Positions 12,100 through 27,253 of a DNA stretch of 64,000 bases are shown one piece after another; position 1 is the stretch's first letter; the number at the start of each line of letters is the position of its first letter. The stretch comes from the human T2T-CHM13v2.0 reference genome, Homo sapiens. The stretch lies in assembly GCF_009914755.1 (NCBI RefSeq), contig NC_060925.1. One strand, written 5' to 3'. Under the pieces are notes generated by a model, which did not search any database, was not told the DNA's origin, and saw only the letters and a list, made by a program, of their open reading frames with translations. A program made the position numbers and the translations under genes.

Positions 12100-14230
12100 A
12101 TTCACATATCAAGTATTAATTATTGAATATACGTTATATGACAGGTATGTTTCTAGCCATCATTTAACTATAATTATGAACATGTGTGGTGTGGCAAACA
12201 TGCAAATGCATCACTAAGAAAGATATGATCTCAGCCCTCAACTTCCTCCATCTGTGGAAGACACAGATACTAAAGAAGTAATTACTTTTCAGTGTAATGA
12301 GGATTATATGGATAAAACAACATTCTGTGGGATGGTAGATTTCAGATTCGATCTCCTCAAGCATAAATCTGAGCCCTGAAGAGTAGGACTGTAGAGATGA
12401 GTGGGGAATTTTATATACATTTCTCACCTGGAGGTAATACAATTTGAATTGTCAATTTGCACTCCCTGAAACTGAGTGTAAGAGGAAGAGTAGCAAGAGA
12501 CAAGACAAGAACTATATATGGGCAGATGCCAAACTATGCAAAGCTCTGAGAACTTTGAGGAAGTTTGGACCTCATTACCAAGGCAATGGAAGAATCTTAA
12601 GGAGAAATATTTTACAGCCAGATTTCGTTTCCAAAAAATCCCTCTGACAGAGTGACAGAGTGAAAAATGAATTGAAGAGGCTGCTGTATTCATACAGCCT
12701 GTAAATGCAGGGGCCTGGTCTAGCATGTGGCAGGGGGAGGGGGAGAGCGGGGAGAAAGAACTCAGGAGCAGAATCACAGACTGGTGCATTTCTGGATGAA
12801 GAAAATGAAGGAGAAAAACAACAATGATATTCTTAGTGGAATTCTTAAAGAACAGCCTGCCTTTAATAAAGTTGAAGAGTTTATAAGAATAATAATTTCT
12901 CAAAACAGATTTGAAAACTGGCTTAGAAGAAAGATGAGAAGTTTTAGCATTTCAGCATATGTTGAAAATTAATTCCATTAAACTCTGAAAAGTTCTTCAC
13001 TTGAAGCAGTGCTACCACTCAGAATGCAAACATCTTAACTTGGGGAAATATTCTTTATTTAATTCTATCCATGTGGTGGGAGGTATCATGGTATAGTGGT
13101 TCTGAAAAGTCCAGTGTGGCTAGACCACTGAAAACAAGGGACAGCATATTACAAAATAGGGGGTTTTCATAGGGCCAGGTCATAGAGCACTTTTTTGACC
13201 ACATTAAGAAGTCTGCTTTTTATCCTGTAACAATGAGAAATCATTCAAAGTTCTAAAAACGGAATAACAAATAGAACTACAGTTTGAGAAGAGCACTCTG
13301 GCTATAAAATGCAAGGCTACTTGGACCAGGACAAGAATGGATTCCGAGAGACCAGTATAAGGAATTGTGTTTGGCTGTGAATTACAGAGTTGAAATATGG
13401 TGGGTTAAACACAGTACTTCTGTTTTTCTCACTGGGATGGCTGGAGGTAGGCAGTTGTTGGATTGGTTCAGCAGTTCAAATATTTTCAGTTCTTTTGAAC
13501 CTTTACAACATGGTTGTTTGGTGATCAATGCAGTATCTGCTCACCCCTAGCATAACTAGATGCTGTTCTAGATGCAACAATAGAGCAGGAAACTAGGAAG
13601 GGCAAAGTGTTGCCCCTTTAGAAAAGAATTAAGACTTTCTTACAAGCCCCACAAAACCACATCCACCTACATCTCATTGGTCAGAATTGTCATATACCAC
13701 TCCATCCACTCCATCTACTCTCTGCTAAAGAGGCTAGGAAATGTAATTTGTTTAGCACATTGACAATCCCAACAAAATTTGAGTCTGTTAATCAGAAAGA
13801 AATCAGTAATTTTGGGTAGGCACCTACAACTAGGAAGAAAAAAAAAACATTAAGTAAATGGTATTGTAGCTCAAATTAGAGTGAGGGAGATGAGAGAAAA
13901 AGGTGTATTCTGGAAATAAGTACAGTGGAAGTATTAGGACTTGGTTGTAGACTGGGACACAAGGGAGTGATGAAGAAGGTATCAAGCATGACTCTTAGTT
14001 TCTGGCTTATGTGACTAATTGGTAAATTCATCACTTAGATGCAGAAAATACTGGAAAAAAACAAGTTTTGAGAAATAAGGCAATAGGTTCAGTCTGAATA
14101 CATGTTGAGTTTTAAGTGATTTTCAAACATCCAAATGGAGATGTTTATTTGATAATTGCATTTATGAATCTGGAGCTCAGAAGAGAGTCTAGGCTGGAAA
14201 TATAAATTCTGGAGTTATTGGAGTATAGAC
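12100..14230 (-). mobile_element. Fragmented L2 with intervening MLT1-like LTR (~13400-13830)
   Basis: L2-like phrases (ttattgaatatacgttatatgacaggt, gaatctggagctcagaagagagtctaggctgga); boundaries approximate. Confidence 0.55.
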
Positions 14231-16144
14231 AACTCTTACTCTGCCCGAAGTACAAGACATATGGACAAAACACAGAGTAAAATAGTTCACAATCACTTAA
14301 CACAGGTAAGATCTGGACAGTCTGGGGTTTGAACTACACAAGAGCATGTTAATACTGTTACTGCTGCTACTATTTTAAATCCAGTGATTATAAACTTTGG
14401 GGTGGGGGCAGTGAGCATGCCTTATTAATCTTTGTATTCATGATGATTGACATATACTAAATAACCGAGAAGTAAGAGGAGTAAATAATTGACTATGGCA
14501 AACCAGGAATTAGATAAGTGTTTTGAGTAGTACAAACAACTTGATACGAAAATGAAAAAGCATAGACATTTTATAATTAGTTCAGAGAATCAATAAATGA
14601 TTTATAGTTTTCACAAATGAACTTGAGGACAATGTAACCGTGATGGTACTTGGGCATTCTCAGTTGCGGGACTATGAGGAGCAAGAAAGGACGAAGCTTG
14701 TTGAGAGATTTGAAGTCTAGGTTACATATAAGTATGTTAAAATTAAATAATGACAAAGATAGATCTAGACCATATTGTGGAAGTCTTGGAAACCATGATG
14801 AGTTTTTATTTAATCCAGTAAGCAACATGGAGCCATTAAAATCTTTTAAGCAGAAAATCTTAGATTAATATTAAACTGCACTTCAGAAAATGTATTTTGA
14901 CAGCAATATGTAAGATAGATAGAAGTAAAAAGAGGTCATGTGGGACAGTGGTGTAGAAATGCTGACTTCATTATAATCTAAGAAGGAGAACTGACTTAGT
15001 ATATTATCTTTCTCCAGAAGGAAAACAGAGACTAACAGATGGTAGAAATTTTAGGAAGCAGATTTTAATAATACCAACAGTTGCAGTAAACACTGTAGTA
15101 GTAATAAGTTTTTTAAAACCTTTAATTGTAAAATAGATACAGAAACACACAAAAAAGTGTATAATGTATCTCACTGACGCCACACACTGATCCTATTAGG
15201 TAAATAATGTTGGTATCCCCATTTTAGAGATTTGCTCAAATCCATGAAACTAATAATTGTTGACACCAGCATTAAAACTCAGACTCCAGATCTTCTGCTA
15301 TGAGTCACTGTTCTAAACTATGTGCCTTATTAAAGAAAAAAGAAAGAAAAACAAACCTGCTAACCCCTGGCGCTGTCCAACAGCTATTTTGGCTGCCTTG
15401 TCAAATAGTAAGCTGGAAACTTGAACTATGAAAGTGTCATAGAAAACGCAAATGGTCATCATAAGGGGAATGTGTTTTAAAGGAATTACCAAAGTTGGGA
15501 GTAGTTAGACTAAAGAACCTTAAATGTTTCTTCCCAGTGTTTAGATTGTTTGACCTTCTCTTGAGAAAGGTAATTTTAGAAGTATAAGTAACAAAAGAGG
15601 AAGTTACTCCCATCCAGACATAACAAATGTGTTTTATACAGAAATTATCTCCAAATGTAACTATTTTTTCTTCTGCTTAGTCATTGTTTCCTCTCAAAGT
15701 TCTGCATGGAAAAGATGATAGCAAAATTCCACAGTATTCACGCATTGTTTTTGTAGAAACTATTGGTATTTAAAGATACAAAAACATAATAATATGCTAA
15801 GTCCCTCTAAAAAAAAAAGTGGTACAAGCTGCGTTTGGTTTTTATTGTTTTCAAATCTTTCAGTCAAGTGAGACTGTTCTAATTAACTGAGTTTGAACTG
15901 TTGTTCAATAATTGCATGGTAATGAATTGCCATTTACTTCATTATCTCTCATAGGCATGATCCATCCCTTTTGAAAGTGTGTCAATGAGAAATGGTAATG
16001 ACATCTAGGAATTATTTCACTTTCCTTGTTCTAATCAATTTTTATCATGTGAATGTGAATTTGTGTTGGATTTTCAAGTTTTTCTAACGAGCAATATTTT
16101 ATGAAACTGTGGGTTTATTATTATTTTTGATTCCCTTTAAATAG

Positions 16145-16341
16145 AACCACCTCACATTAATGGATCTGAAGAACATGAAGAGATATCAGTAATTGTTAAT
16201 AACCCACTTGAACTTACCTGCATTGCTTCTGGAATCCCAGCCCCTAAAATGACCTGGATGAAAGATGGCCGGCCCCTTCCACAGACGGATCAAGTGCAAA
16301 CTCTAGGAGGAGGAGAGGTTCTTCGAATTTCTACTGCTCAG
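16145..16341 (+). CDS. HMCN1: Exon (~69), Ig N-half EPPHINGS...ISTAQ
   Basis: aatag acceptor, CAG|gtaagt donor, 197 nt. Confidence 0.94.
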
Positions 16342-16879
16342 GTAAGTGTCAAAGTTCATAGAATTATTTTAGGTTAGGTCAAACTTCTCACTTGCTAATA
16401 TATGAGATTTGTTAAATTATGTCTTTGAATCCTTATATATCACAGATCTGTGTAACTGGAGCAGGATGGATTAGTCCTATGATATGCATGATTGGGTAAC
16501 TTGATTAAAAGGAAGACAAAGCAGTATCATATTAAACTCCGAAGAAAGCAAGATACCTTTCCATTAACTTTTGCAAGTTTTCACAGTGCTATAAGTGTTA
16601 GTATATTTCCCAAAGTTCTTAATTTATACTATGTACCCCTTAATGGAACTGGCAAAAAGCAATCCAACATGCATATATATAAGGTTTCAAAGAGCACTTT
16701 TGATCTCCAAAATGAACTAGCCGATATGGAAGTCTGAAGAGACACAATTTTTCAAATAATGATCAGTTTAATAAAATTGACTTGGTTTAGTTTATGTTTA
16801 AGAAAACTGATCTGAAATGTGAATATATTAAAAGAGAAGTATGTCTGGGATGTCTTATTGTAGCAATCTTCTATTCTAC

Positions 16880-17056
16880 TAGTAAAGGCAAACCTTATGT
16901 TACAATTATTCTCCATCTGAGCCCTAATGCCATCATTTATAAACTGGGGATAAAAGTAATAATCATGCCTCATTCATACACTGAGGGATTTAAAGAAATA
17001 ATCCAACATGATGTGCTTAGACTGGTGCCACAGGCATGTAGTAAATGCTTTCAAAA
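16880..17056 (+). mobile_element. MIR SINE
   Basis: Core catttataaactggggataa...cttagactggtgcc...gtagtaaatgct. Confidence 0.6.
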
Positions 17057-19556
17057 AAAGACTTAGGATTGTTCCTGCTGTTGCTGTTGTTACCATAATC
17101 ATCATTCCTCTGAATGTAGAATAACAAATTATTTGATCATATTTTGTTGCATTTTTCACTGAGAATGGAAGAAAGGGAACTGGAAGAAAAGAGCTAAGAG
17201 TTATAAACTCTCTACTATGTCCTGTTGTGTTCATCTCTGTGCTATCTATCCCACCCATTCCCCTCATGGCAACTCTGTGAGGCAATGTGTCTATCCCACA
17301 AATCCAAAATCAGGTGCAGAGAGATTAAGTACTTATCTGCCAAGTACTCATTGCTGCTCAGTGATGGAGCTAGGCCTCAATCCTTAGTCTGATTCAGAAG
17401 CCTAGCCAGTGCATCTCAGCACAGTGCATTTCTAGCATCTTCGAGTGCATACCTTCCATTCCCCTTTTTTCTCTCCATTTCAAACATTACAGTAACTTAG
17501 AGTCAGGTTAAACTAAAACCATGTATTGAATCAAAACTCTTGAATGATATAATTTCAACAAACAAAAAGTAGGCAAAAGAATTTGTGACATTAGGAATAG
17601 CATGGAGACAGAAAAGTATGTGGAATAGAATCATGAATATAAAAAAAATGACAAATAAAGCTTGAAAGGGAAGTTAAGGCCATTACTGTAGGTCTTAAAG
17701 GCAAGAACAAAAAGTCGAGTTATAAGAAAACAAGATGAAGGTGTCATAGAGTGTTAAATGATGGCCAGATTTACCATGTGTTCTAGCTATTGTGGAGAAT
17801 CCATAAGACCTAAGATATGTGACATGTGTCAGCCTTCAAGAAGTTTCTAGATGTCTAGGGGAGAAAAATGACTGTATACATAAGATACAATTAGATATGA
17901 GTCAATAATAGAAACATTAAAAACAATATGGAAGTGGAAAATTAAATATCATTAAGCCCCCAGACTGATTTTGGTTACTCTGCTCCTTTATGTTTTCATA
18001 GCAATTTGTATATACTTCTGTAGTAACTCTTACTGCATTATATTTTGCTTATCTCAACTTTGTTTTTTCGTGTATTTATCTGCAACATCTACTTATGCCT
18101 GGTACATTATGGATGTGGATGCTTTGCAAATTGCGAATTGTGTGGTATAGACAAGAGTTTCCTAAAACATCTTTTATCAAACACTAGTTCTGTAATTTAT
18201 CCCAAGAGGGGAGGGGACCACTCTATGACTAATAGATTTGGAAAACTTTATATACTGTACCCTCCTTTTCTTTGTGAGCCATAATGCATGTCCACCTCTG
18301 CAAAATCTTCCTCTAAAGATACATGCTTAACTATAATTTTTCTAACATTCTATTAGTAAAACAAGACTTTAGAAACTAACTACAGGTGATGTCTGTGGGT
18401 AGCCAGAAGGGCAGAAGTTGTCAGGAAATATTTTGTGGAAAAGGGAACATTTAAGAATAGTCCTGAATGATGGTTCAAGTTTGGCTGAGTCCAGACAAGT
18501 GAGGGGGATGATATCAATTGTGAATGAACAGAGTTGGGAGAGAAGAGTTAGTTTTAGAGATTTTAAAGATATGATGAGAAATTCAGAAATTATTCTTAGG
18601 AAATGGCACATCATTTTAAAATTCTTAATTGAATAACGATGTAAGTGTTGTTCTTCTAAAATTATATTTAAGTATTTTTCCAAACATTCTAGTCTCAATG
18701 TTTTTGAAAGGAGTTTTTGCAGCCTACCAAAAAGTGTTTCCATAACCTCTAAAGTCAGTTTGAATGTAAGAGTTTTTAAAATGCCAATATTCTGGGAATG
18801 TTCAAGTAGTAAAATAAATGAGAACAGGATTTTTCTGTTTTTCCAAAATACATTTTTCGCAGTAGTAAGAGCATCTGTTTTCCAGAGTACCCTCTACATG
18901 TACACGATCATGGGTTGTGTCTACACAATCTCAAACATATGAATGAACATTAACTTTCCATGGAAACCATGCTTGGTGATTTTTAAAGTAATGATTTTGG
19001 TTTTAGTTAGATAATTATAGATCCTGCTGTCAGTCTGACCCTATTTCTCATATTACATAACATAACTGTTTTGTTTCACCATGTATATAAAATGTAGAGT
19101 CAAGATGAGATATTATGTGTTTGATTTTAATAACCAGATATTTTGTTTATCTGTTTACTTATTTAACATCTTATTTTCTTGAGAAAGGCTTCGTTTTAAC
19201 TTTTCAGTCTGCAATTTAAACCCATGAATATTTGTTTCTTCAATGAACATTGAGGATATAGCCTATCACATATGGTTCTAGGTCCTATATATATCTGCCT
19301 TTTTAGATATCATTAAATATACTTAACGTACAAACATTCTTAAATCGATACCAAAATCCTGTTAAAACATAGGTTTGCATATAATGTAGATACCAAACAA
19401 TGCTTTCTATCAGAGTGCTAATCGTAGTGTTAAACAGTTGGCTTTAATTATCTTGCTTTTGGTGTGGGGTTATTTACATTCATTCTAGTGGATATTTATT
19501 TTAATAACAAAAGCTAACATGTTAACATTATGTAATTCATTATTTGGGTTTTGTAG

Positions 19557-19638
19557 GTGGAGGATACAGGAAGATATACATGTCTGGCATCCAGTCCTGC
19601 AGGAGATGATGATAAGGAATATCTAGTGAGAGTGCATG
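19557..19638 (+). CDS. HMCN1: Exon (~70), Ig C-half VEDTGRYTC...VRVH
   Basis: tgtag acceptor, G|gtaaat donor, 82 nt. Confidence 0.94.
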
Positions 19639-19765
19639 GTAAATTTGACAAAATATCCTACAGTCTATCATACACACACCTAATTAGAAAACCCTGGGAC
19701 AACACCACAGCACATCACAGGATATGTTTATAAGTTAGGGAATATATATTTTGCAAATCTGAATC

Positions 19766-19952
19766 TTTTTTTTTTTGAGACGGAGTCTCGCTTTGTCGCC
19801 CAGGCTGGAGTGCAGTGGCACTATCTCGGCTCACTGCAAGCTCCGCCTCCTGGGTTCACGCCATTCTCCTGCCTCAGCCTCCTGAGTAGCTGGGACTACA
19901 GGTGCCTGCCACCACGCCCGGCTAATTTTTTGTATTTTTGGTTGAGACAGGG
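19766..19952 (-). mobile_element. 5'-truncated AluY
   Basis: AluY-diagnostic gcaagctccgcc and ttcacgccattc; TSD tgcaaatctga(a/t)tctt at 19752-19767 and 19953-19968. Confidence 0.92.
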
Positions 19953-20099
19953 TGCAAATCTGATTCTTATATTTGACTAATCAAACGCTGTTGGGGGGCA
20001 GTTCATGGATTGTTTTTGAGTTATTTGATTAGTTTCTGCATTAATAATTTGTATTCATTGGTTTAAAATAATAGAATATAAACTATGATGAAGAAAATT

Positions 20100-20560
20100 T
20101 AAAAATCCAGAATCTCATCACACAAAGACTTTTTTGCATATAAATGTTTTGTCACAAAAATATGATGATAGAAAATGCATGTTTATATAGTGTACCTATA
20201 GAATTTAACTTGCTTTTATCTCAATGGTTTGGTGAACATTTTCATGTCAAGAAATACATTTTAAAAACATTTTTAGTGACTGTATAGTATCCCATTTTAC
20301 TCCATATTTTTGGAGGTTTAGGCTATTTCTATATTTTTACCAATATAAACAGCCCTGCTATGGATAACTTTGCATGCACATGTTAGCCCATTCCCTTTAT
20401 TTTGAGAAATTTCTGTAAGTGCACTTGCTTGGTTACACACACACACACACATACAAACACACTCACTCTTCTAAGGATTTTGAAACTAATTGTCAAATTA
20501 CTTCCTAGAAGAGTTGGGCCAGTTAGACTCGTCCAATATGCTTTTGACATTGAAATAGGA
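20100..20560 (-). mobile_element. Old L1M 3' fragment
   Basis: Decayed gactgtatagtatcccatt...ttaggctatttcta...tataaacagccctgctatgga. Confidence 0.55.
20435..20462. repeat. (CA)n microsatellite
   Basis: Directly visible. Confidence 0.85.
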
Positions 20561-20708
20561 ATTATTCTTTATGGGGAGGAATAATTAAAAAACTAACAGA
20601 AGATCTTTGGTTCATTCTCATAGCCTAAATGACTAGGCAGCGCAAACTGTCTGGGATTTAAGTGCCCCCATCATCCCACATACAAATTAATTGACACGTA
20701 AATTCTGT

Positions 20709-20732
20709 AAAAAAAAAAAAAAAAAAAAAAAA
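20709..20732. repeat. A24 homopolymer
   Basis: Directly visible. Confidence 0.9.
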
Positions 20733-21133
20733 GTCACATGAAAAATACATTCTGTATATTATGATGGGCACTCCCTGATTTAGTAATTTTTAAATCTTAT
20801 GTTCAGAGAAAATTACTACCAAGTGTATAACCCGGACAACGGCTCCCTTCTTTGTGCCTCCATTTCTTTACTATCAAATGGTGAAAATAATGCAATTATA
20901 TTACTTCCATCATGCATGTAGTTGTTGGAAGGATTTCTTTACTTAGTGTACATGAAATTGCTAAATAAGGTTAAAAAAAAAACACTTCCCACTGTTTGTA
21001 ATTATCTAGGCTATAAATTAAATGAGTAATGTTTTAATTTTATGCCTCTTATTATTTCATATAGCAGAACCAACATTTTTTGGATACCTATGATAATACA
21101 GATTGCTTTTGTTGTATTTGTTCTCACACCCAG

Positions 21134-21270
21134 TACCTCCTAATATTGCTGGAACTGATGAGCCCCGGGATATCACTGTGTTACGGAACAGACAAGTGAC
21201 ATTGGAATGCAAGTCAGATGCAGTGCCCCCACCTGTAATTACTTGGCTCAGAAATGGAGAACGGTTACAG
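21134..21270 (+). CDS. HMCN1: Exon (~71), Ig N-half VPPNIAGT...GERLQ
   Basis: cccag acceptor, CAG|gtaaat donor, 137 nt. Confidence 0.94.
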
Positions 21271-22079
21271 GTAAATTTTTTGATAAGCTCCACAAATTCC
21301 TTTTTGAGATGAAAAAAGTAAAAAAATCAGCTCTAGGGCCTTTGCTGGGTACACAAAACCAACTAACATCAGGCTACTAATTATTCAACATTGCAGCAGT
21401 AAGCACAGGGTTTTTAAATTAGCTTTATTATTTGCTTTATTATTTGCCTTTGCTGGGGTAGTTAATAGTTGGTCATGGGTCAAAGAAAGGTATCTAGATT
21501 CATGATGCTCTGGAAATTTGCCAAAGTTTGTATTTCCTAGCGCCCATGCATTAAAGTTTGATTTGAAATACTCAGCTATTTCTTAAAAGAGAAGAAACCA
21601 TCAAAGTCTCAAAATAACTTCCACGTCTCTAGGGAGAATGCTTCTTTTACTGAATTTCCCTTGTCTAAGCTTGGACCTTACAAGTGACCCCAAAGATACC
21701 AGGCATCTGAGACTGGAATCCGTGAAGAACCAGTTACTGGCTGTATAAAGCTTGCCATGCTTAGATGATACCTACCTGCTGTCATACAGCGTCAAAGGCC
21801 AGGATCCTCAGCAGCCTTTTAGAGACCACTGAAAGCTTTGACTTTGAATGTTTTGGATTATCCTCATTATTTTTTTCTTCTTCGTTCTTCCTCATCCTCT
21901 TATTGTAACCTACACTTTGTTTCTAGTAGTTAATTATAAAAAGGAGATTATGTCCCCTAACACCTAAGACATAAAGACTACCACCACCACCAAACCACAC
22001 AAACACCAAACATGGAGAGGCCAGGTTCTGAGAGTTACTAACATGCTAAATCATCATGCATATCACTTAACCCTCCAGT

Positions 22080-23500
22080 ACTTCAGTTTCTCTATTTATT
22101 GTGTGCCTACTAGAATGCCAGGTGCTATGATTGCTACTGAAAATAGGCTTTACCTCAAAGAGCTCACTCACTATCTGAGAAGACAGGTTAGTCAAAGATT
22201 ATAGAATGAACGCCACTAGTAAATTGTATATTAGAAGGATGTGTAGAAACAGAGATGAGAAGCAAATAATCCAGACTAAAGGGTAAGGAACAGCCCATGG
22301 AAGCCTCTTAGAAAAGATGAGCTCAGTTTTAAAGGATCAGTATATACTGGGTGAGGCCAGAGAAGAAAGTGATTCCAATCACAGGTAATGGCATGTACAA
22401 AGCTATTACAGGAAAAGGAAGGCTGCTGGTCTGAGAACTGCAAGTAGCTTGGTATACCTGAAATAGAACCTGGTTAAAATCTTTGATGGTTCCCCATAGA
22501 TTTCAGGATTCTGGTTAAATCACTCAACTTAGCTCACAAGCCCTTTCATGCTCTGACTTTGCCTCCATAGTCTGATCTCCCATGTGTGCATTTCACTCCA
22601 GACCATTAGGTGTAAAGGTAAAAACTGAGTGAATGTTGATGATGGAGGAGTCTAGGTTGATCCCAGGTTGACCAAGTGATGTCAATCCTAGGAAAGGGTA
22701 AGTTCACTTGTGATGAAAAATGAAAAAAAGATGAGTTCAGGTTTAGACATTTTGAATTTGAATTACCTGTATTTTCCAAGAAGAGATTGTAGAAATCATT
22801 TTAAAATATTGGCCCGTATTTCATCAAAAAAGGCTTTGGTTTCATGGTCCATATTTACTTTAAAAAAAAGCGGCCTTTGATGTAATCATCATGGTATAAT
22901 CTCTTGTTGAAGTCATAAGTTTGTAGGAGGTTGACTAGAAAGCAGAGTATAAGAGTCCCAGTTAAGTGAAAATAAAGCTTTAGGCAATGGTAACAATTAT
23001 GAGGTGAGCATAGGAAAAAAAGAAGATGCATGAGACTGAGAAGGAGGACTCAGAAATAGGATTAAAAGTAGGAGACACCGGTGTACTAAAAGCCAAGGAA
23101 AAGTGGAGGGGGCGGTGGTTAACAAAGGCCACAGAAGGTACAAATAAAGTTGTATCCATTAGCTTTGGCAATACATATAGGTAATTAAAGACCTGAGGAA
23201 TGGTTCTTCAAAGAGTGATCAAAGTAGAAGGCAGGTTACAGTTGTTTGGGAAGTTAATCGAAGAAGAGGAAGTAGAAACAAGCATGAACTGTTCTTTAAA
23301 GATTTCTGTATGTGTATTTGCTGAAAGAAAGAGATTGGAGACAGAGGAGAGAGAAAGAGCAGTTTATAGGACACGTTATGTTGGATAGGGGAGGTATGAG
23401 ACCCAGGACACAGTTGAATAGGTTAGCCTTGTCCAGAAGGGTCATCCATTTTCTGCAGAGATGGGGAAACAGAAAAGAAGGTCGTATTCATACCCAAGGT
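22080..23500 (-). mobile_element. Fragmented L2
   Basis: tttattgtgtgcctactagaatgccagg tail and purine-rich L2 body; approximate bounds. Confidence 0.5.
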
Positions 23501-23618
23501 GGGGGAAGGGGAGGACTGCAGGTGTGGGGCTTTAATTTTCTCAGTGGAACAGGAAGTGAGATTATCAGCTAAGAATGAGGTTCTATCAGGAGACAAGTCA
23601 AATTTGGAAGAATTATAG

Positions 23619-23953
<335 letters not shown>

Positions 23954-24040
23954 AAAACCAGAGAAAATTCTAATGAGACTTAATAAGTTAGCAGAAAGTA
24001 CTGATATTCATGGAAGAAAAACATTATAAGAATCACTCTG

Positions 24041-24328
24041 AGCCAGGTGTGGTGGTTCGTGCTGTAATCCCAGCACTTCGGAAGGCCAAGGCAGGAGGAT
24101 TGCTTAAGGACAAGGGTTCAAGACCAGCCTGGGCAACAGAGCAAGACCCCACCTGAATTTAAAAAAAAGTTAGCTGGGCATGGTGGCACACATCTGTAGT
24201 TGTAGCTACTGAGGAGACTGATGTGGGAGGATTGCTTGAGCCCAGGATTTTGAGATTAGAGTAAACTACGATAGCACCACTACTGCGGCATGGGTGACAG
24301 AATAAGAATCTGTCTCTTAAGAAAAAAA
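24041..24328 (+). mobile_element. AluJ (diverged)
   Basis: gaggattgctt in both arms; TSD aagaatcactctga at 24028-24041 and 24327-24340. Confidence 0.9.
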
Positions 24329-24909
24329 GAATCACTCTGAAAGTTTTTATTAGCCTAAAACTCTGCTATACCCATATAAAAGTTAAAAAATAAAATATTT
24401 TTTATAGAACTTACTATACATACTTAAGAAATCACTTATTCTCATCAAAGGTAACATAATTTTATCACTAATAGCCCCAATAGAAATGAAAGGAATAGAG
24501 AAAATGTGTAAACTTTTAAAATAAATGGACCTGAACTGCATATTTTACTTTGAACAATGTTTTCTTAGAAAGATATATGTATCTGGGACCAAGCTCATAC
24601 GGTAGAGAAATCTTATTTGGGCTATTCCTGAAATGCTTCATCTTAGGTACAATGAGAGAATATCAATCTTTGATGCTATCTGGAATTTTTTAATAACTAT
24701 GATCATATATTTTATCCTTAAATTACTTGTTTATATATGTAGCTCTCCAATTAGACTTAATAGCAGAGATTAGGTTTCATTGTGCTCTATTTTCATAATT
24801 TTTGTCTATGCCTAGTTACAAAATAAATTCTTAAGAAATATTTGTGGTGGTTTATTTGCTTATTTTTTTTAAATGTTAGAGTACAATGTTTTCCTCTAAG
24901 TTAACCAAA

Positions 24910-25330
24910 GTTAGTCAGCAACCTTTCAGTTGTAAGTGACAGAATTCAAATTCAAACCAACTTAAATGAAAAGGAAAAACAAAAAGGAAATTTATTGGCT
25001 ACAATAATTGATGAATTTCCAGAGGCTCTAACTCTATAATGAGGCATCTGTCCTTTATCTGAATGAACTCTATTTGCATTGCCTTAGATTCAGGACAGCC
25101 TGTTTCCACATGATAAGACTGCCACTAGGCTTAGGTCATCCTCACAACCTGTGATTCTAGGAAAAAGGGCACACCCTTTCCCCGACACTCCCAGCAGAGT
25201 CTAGAGGAGGACTCTGGTAGGCCTGATTGAGTCACCTGCCCATTCTTGAATGGATCATTATTGTCAGAGCAATTGGGCATACTGCCTCTGCCTTTGACTT
25301 AACATCACTCATTAAAACAGTTCCCAGGGA
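24910..25330. mobile_element. MLT1-like (ERVL-MaLR) solo LTR
   Basis: gttgtaagtgacaga...aacttaaatgaaaagg...atttattggct resembles MLT1J/K. Confidence 0.5.
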
Positions 25331-25484
25331 TTTTTGATACTACGAAAATGGTGGAGGAGCAGACAAAGCATGCTGACAGACAGCAGGTCCACAGTTCACT
25401 ATACTTACTTTTGATGCTGTGAAATAATATTTATTCTCTTTTCCTGACATTTTAACGGCAAATTTCTTTACTTGCTGAATCCAG

Positions 25485-25626
25485 GCAACACCTCGAGTGC
25501 GAATCCTATCTGGAGGGAGATACTTGCAAATCAACAATGCTGACCTAGGTGATACAGCCAATTATACCTGTGTTGCCAGCAACATTGCAGGAAAGACTAC
25601 AAGAGAATTTATTCTCACTGTAAATG
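25485..25626 (+). CDS. HMCN1: Exon (~72), Ig C-half ATPRVRIL...LTVN
   Basis: tccag acceptor, G|gtaaga donor, 142 nt, DTANYTC. Confidence 0.93.
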
Positions 25627-26651
25627 GTAAGAAAAGGTATTCATTGTTCCACAATTTAAAAATCTGACCAAGGGCATTCAAAGAGATGATAGCTTTTTCT
25701 TATGAGCATACTAAATGAAGCCTTGTGCTTATCTTACTGCTTTTGAAAAAGGCAACGTGGAGTATTTGTATTATATCTATACTGCAAATTAACTCAATTT
25801 CCAAAAAACATAACTAGAGATATTTTACTCTATCTTAGAGAATATGTCCAATTGTTCTTAGCATATCATGATGTTTTCTGTCATTCAGAATCAGAACCAT
25901 TGAGGAAGTCAATACACTAAATCACTGGATGACAAATGGCCCATCATTTAGTTCACCTTTATTGATGGTGGCTTGAGAGTACATATGTGCCAAACAGAGA
26001 CTGTCATAGGACTGTAATCTTATTAAGTATAATAGCTGAATGCCAACATCTAGGAAGATAATATAGACTTTTCCTCAAAACAATCTATTGGATATTTAAT
26101 ATATAAAATTTTACAGAATATTGGGTGACCCAAACAACTAATATCTCTAATACTAAAATTAAAATTCAGGCTGTCTATTCCCATATGAACTCAATGATCA
26201 ATAAAATGCATGCTCTGAGAATTACATGATTAATCACAGATGTGCTTTTTGTTAAAACAGCCCACTTTCTGTTCTTCATTTAAAGTGAAGCTGTTCCAGT
26301 GTTAGCATTCTCTGACCATTATTTGGCCAAAGAGAAATAAGAAATATCATCTTTAATTTGCATCAGACTAGAGCTGAGTTTCATTTAAGCCTCTCTCACA
26401 GTAAGCCAGATTTCATACACCATATTAGGGATTTAAAATTCCCCTCCCTATCTACCCTTTATTTTTAAACACAAAGTATCTTGAGTAAGACTTTAGGAAT
26501 TAAACCTCAATTCTACTTATACTAACCTAGATTCTTGTAGACAAAGCTATACATTTGACTCGAAGCTCATCTTATATTACATCTTCAGGGTCTTCATGCA
26601 GGCTGTATTATTTAGTCTCACTGAATTTTTTCATGTGTATCTCTTGTTCAG

Positions 26652-26796
26652 TTCCTCCAAACATAAAGGGGGGCCCCCAGAGCCTTGTAATTCTTTTAAA
26701 TAAGTCAACTGTATTGGAATGCATCGCTGAAGGTGTGCCAACTCCAAGGATAACATGGAGAAAGGATGGAGCTGTTCTAGCTGGGAATCATGCAAG
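26652..26796 (+). CDS. HMCN1: Exon (~73), Ig N-half VPPNIKGG...GNHAR
   Basis: ttcag acceptor, AG|gtaacc donor, 145 nt. Confidence 0.94.
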
Positions 26797-26930
26797 GTAA
26801 CCATACTGGAAAATTAAAAAATGCTATAAGACCTGAAATACAAATTCTTAATTTTTTTTCCTAGTGCACTATTTTGGTCTCATTATGTTTAGAATCAGCA
26901 TTTCATCTTAATACGAGAATCAAAATTTAG

Positions 26931-27253
<323 letters not shown>

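Noticed and set aside
12424-12972. 159-aa minus ORF and overlapping plus ORFs
   Set aside because: Lie in decayed L2 sequence; low-complexity translation with no recognisable family.
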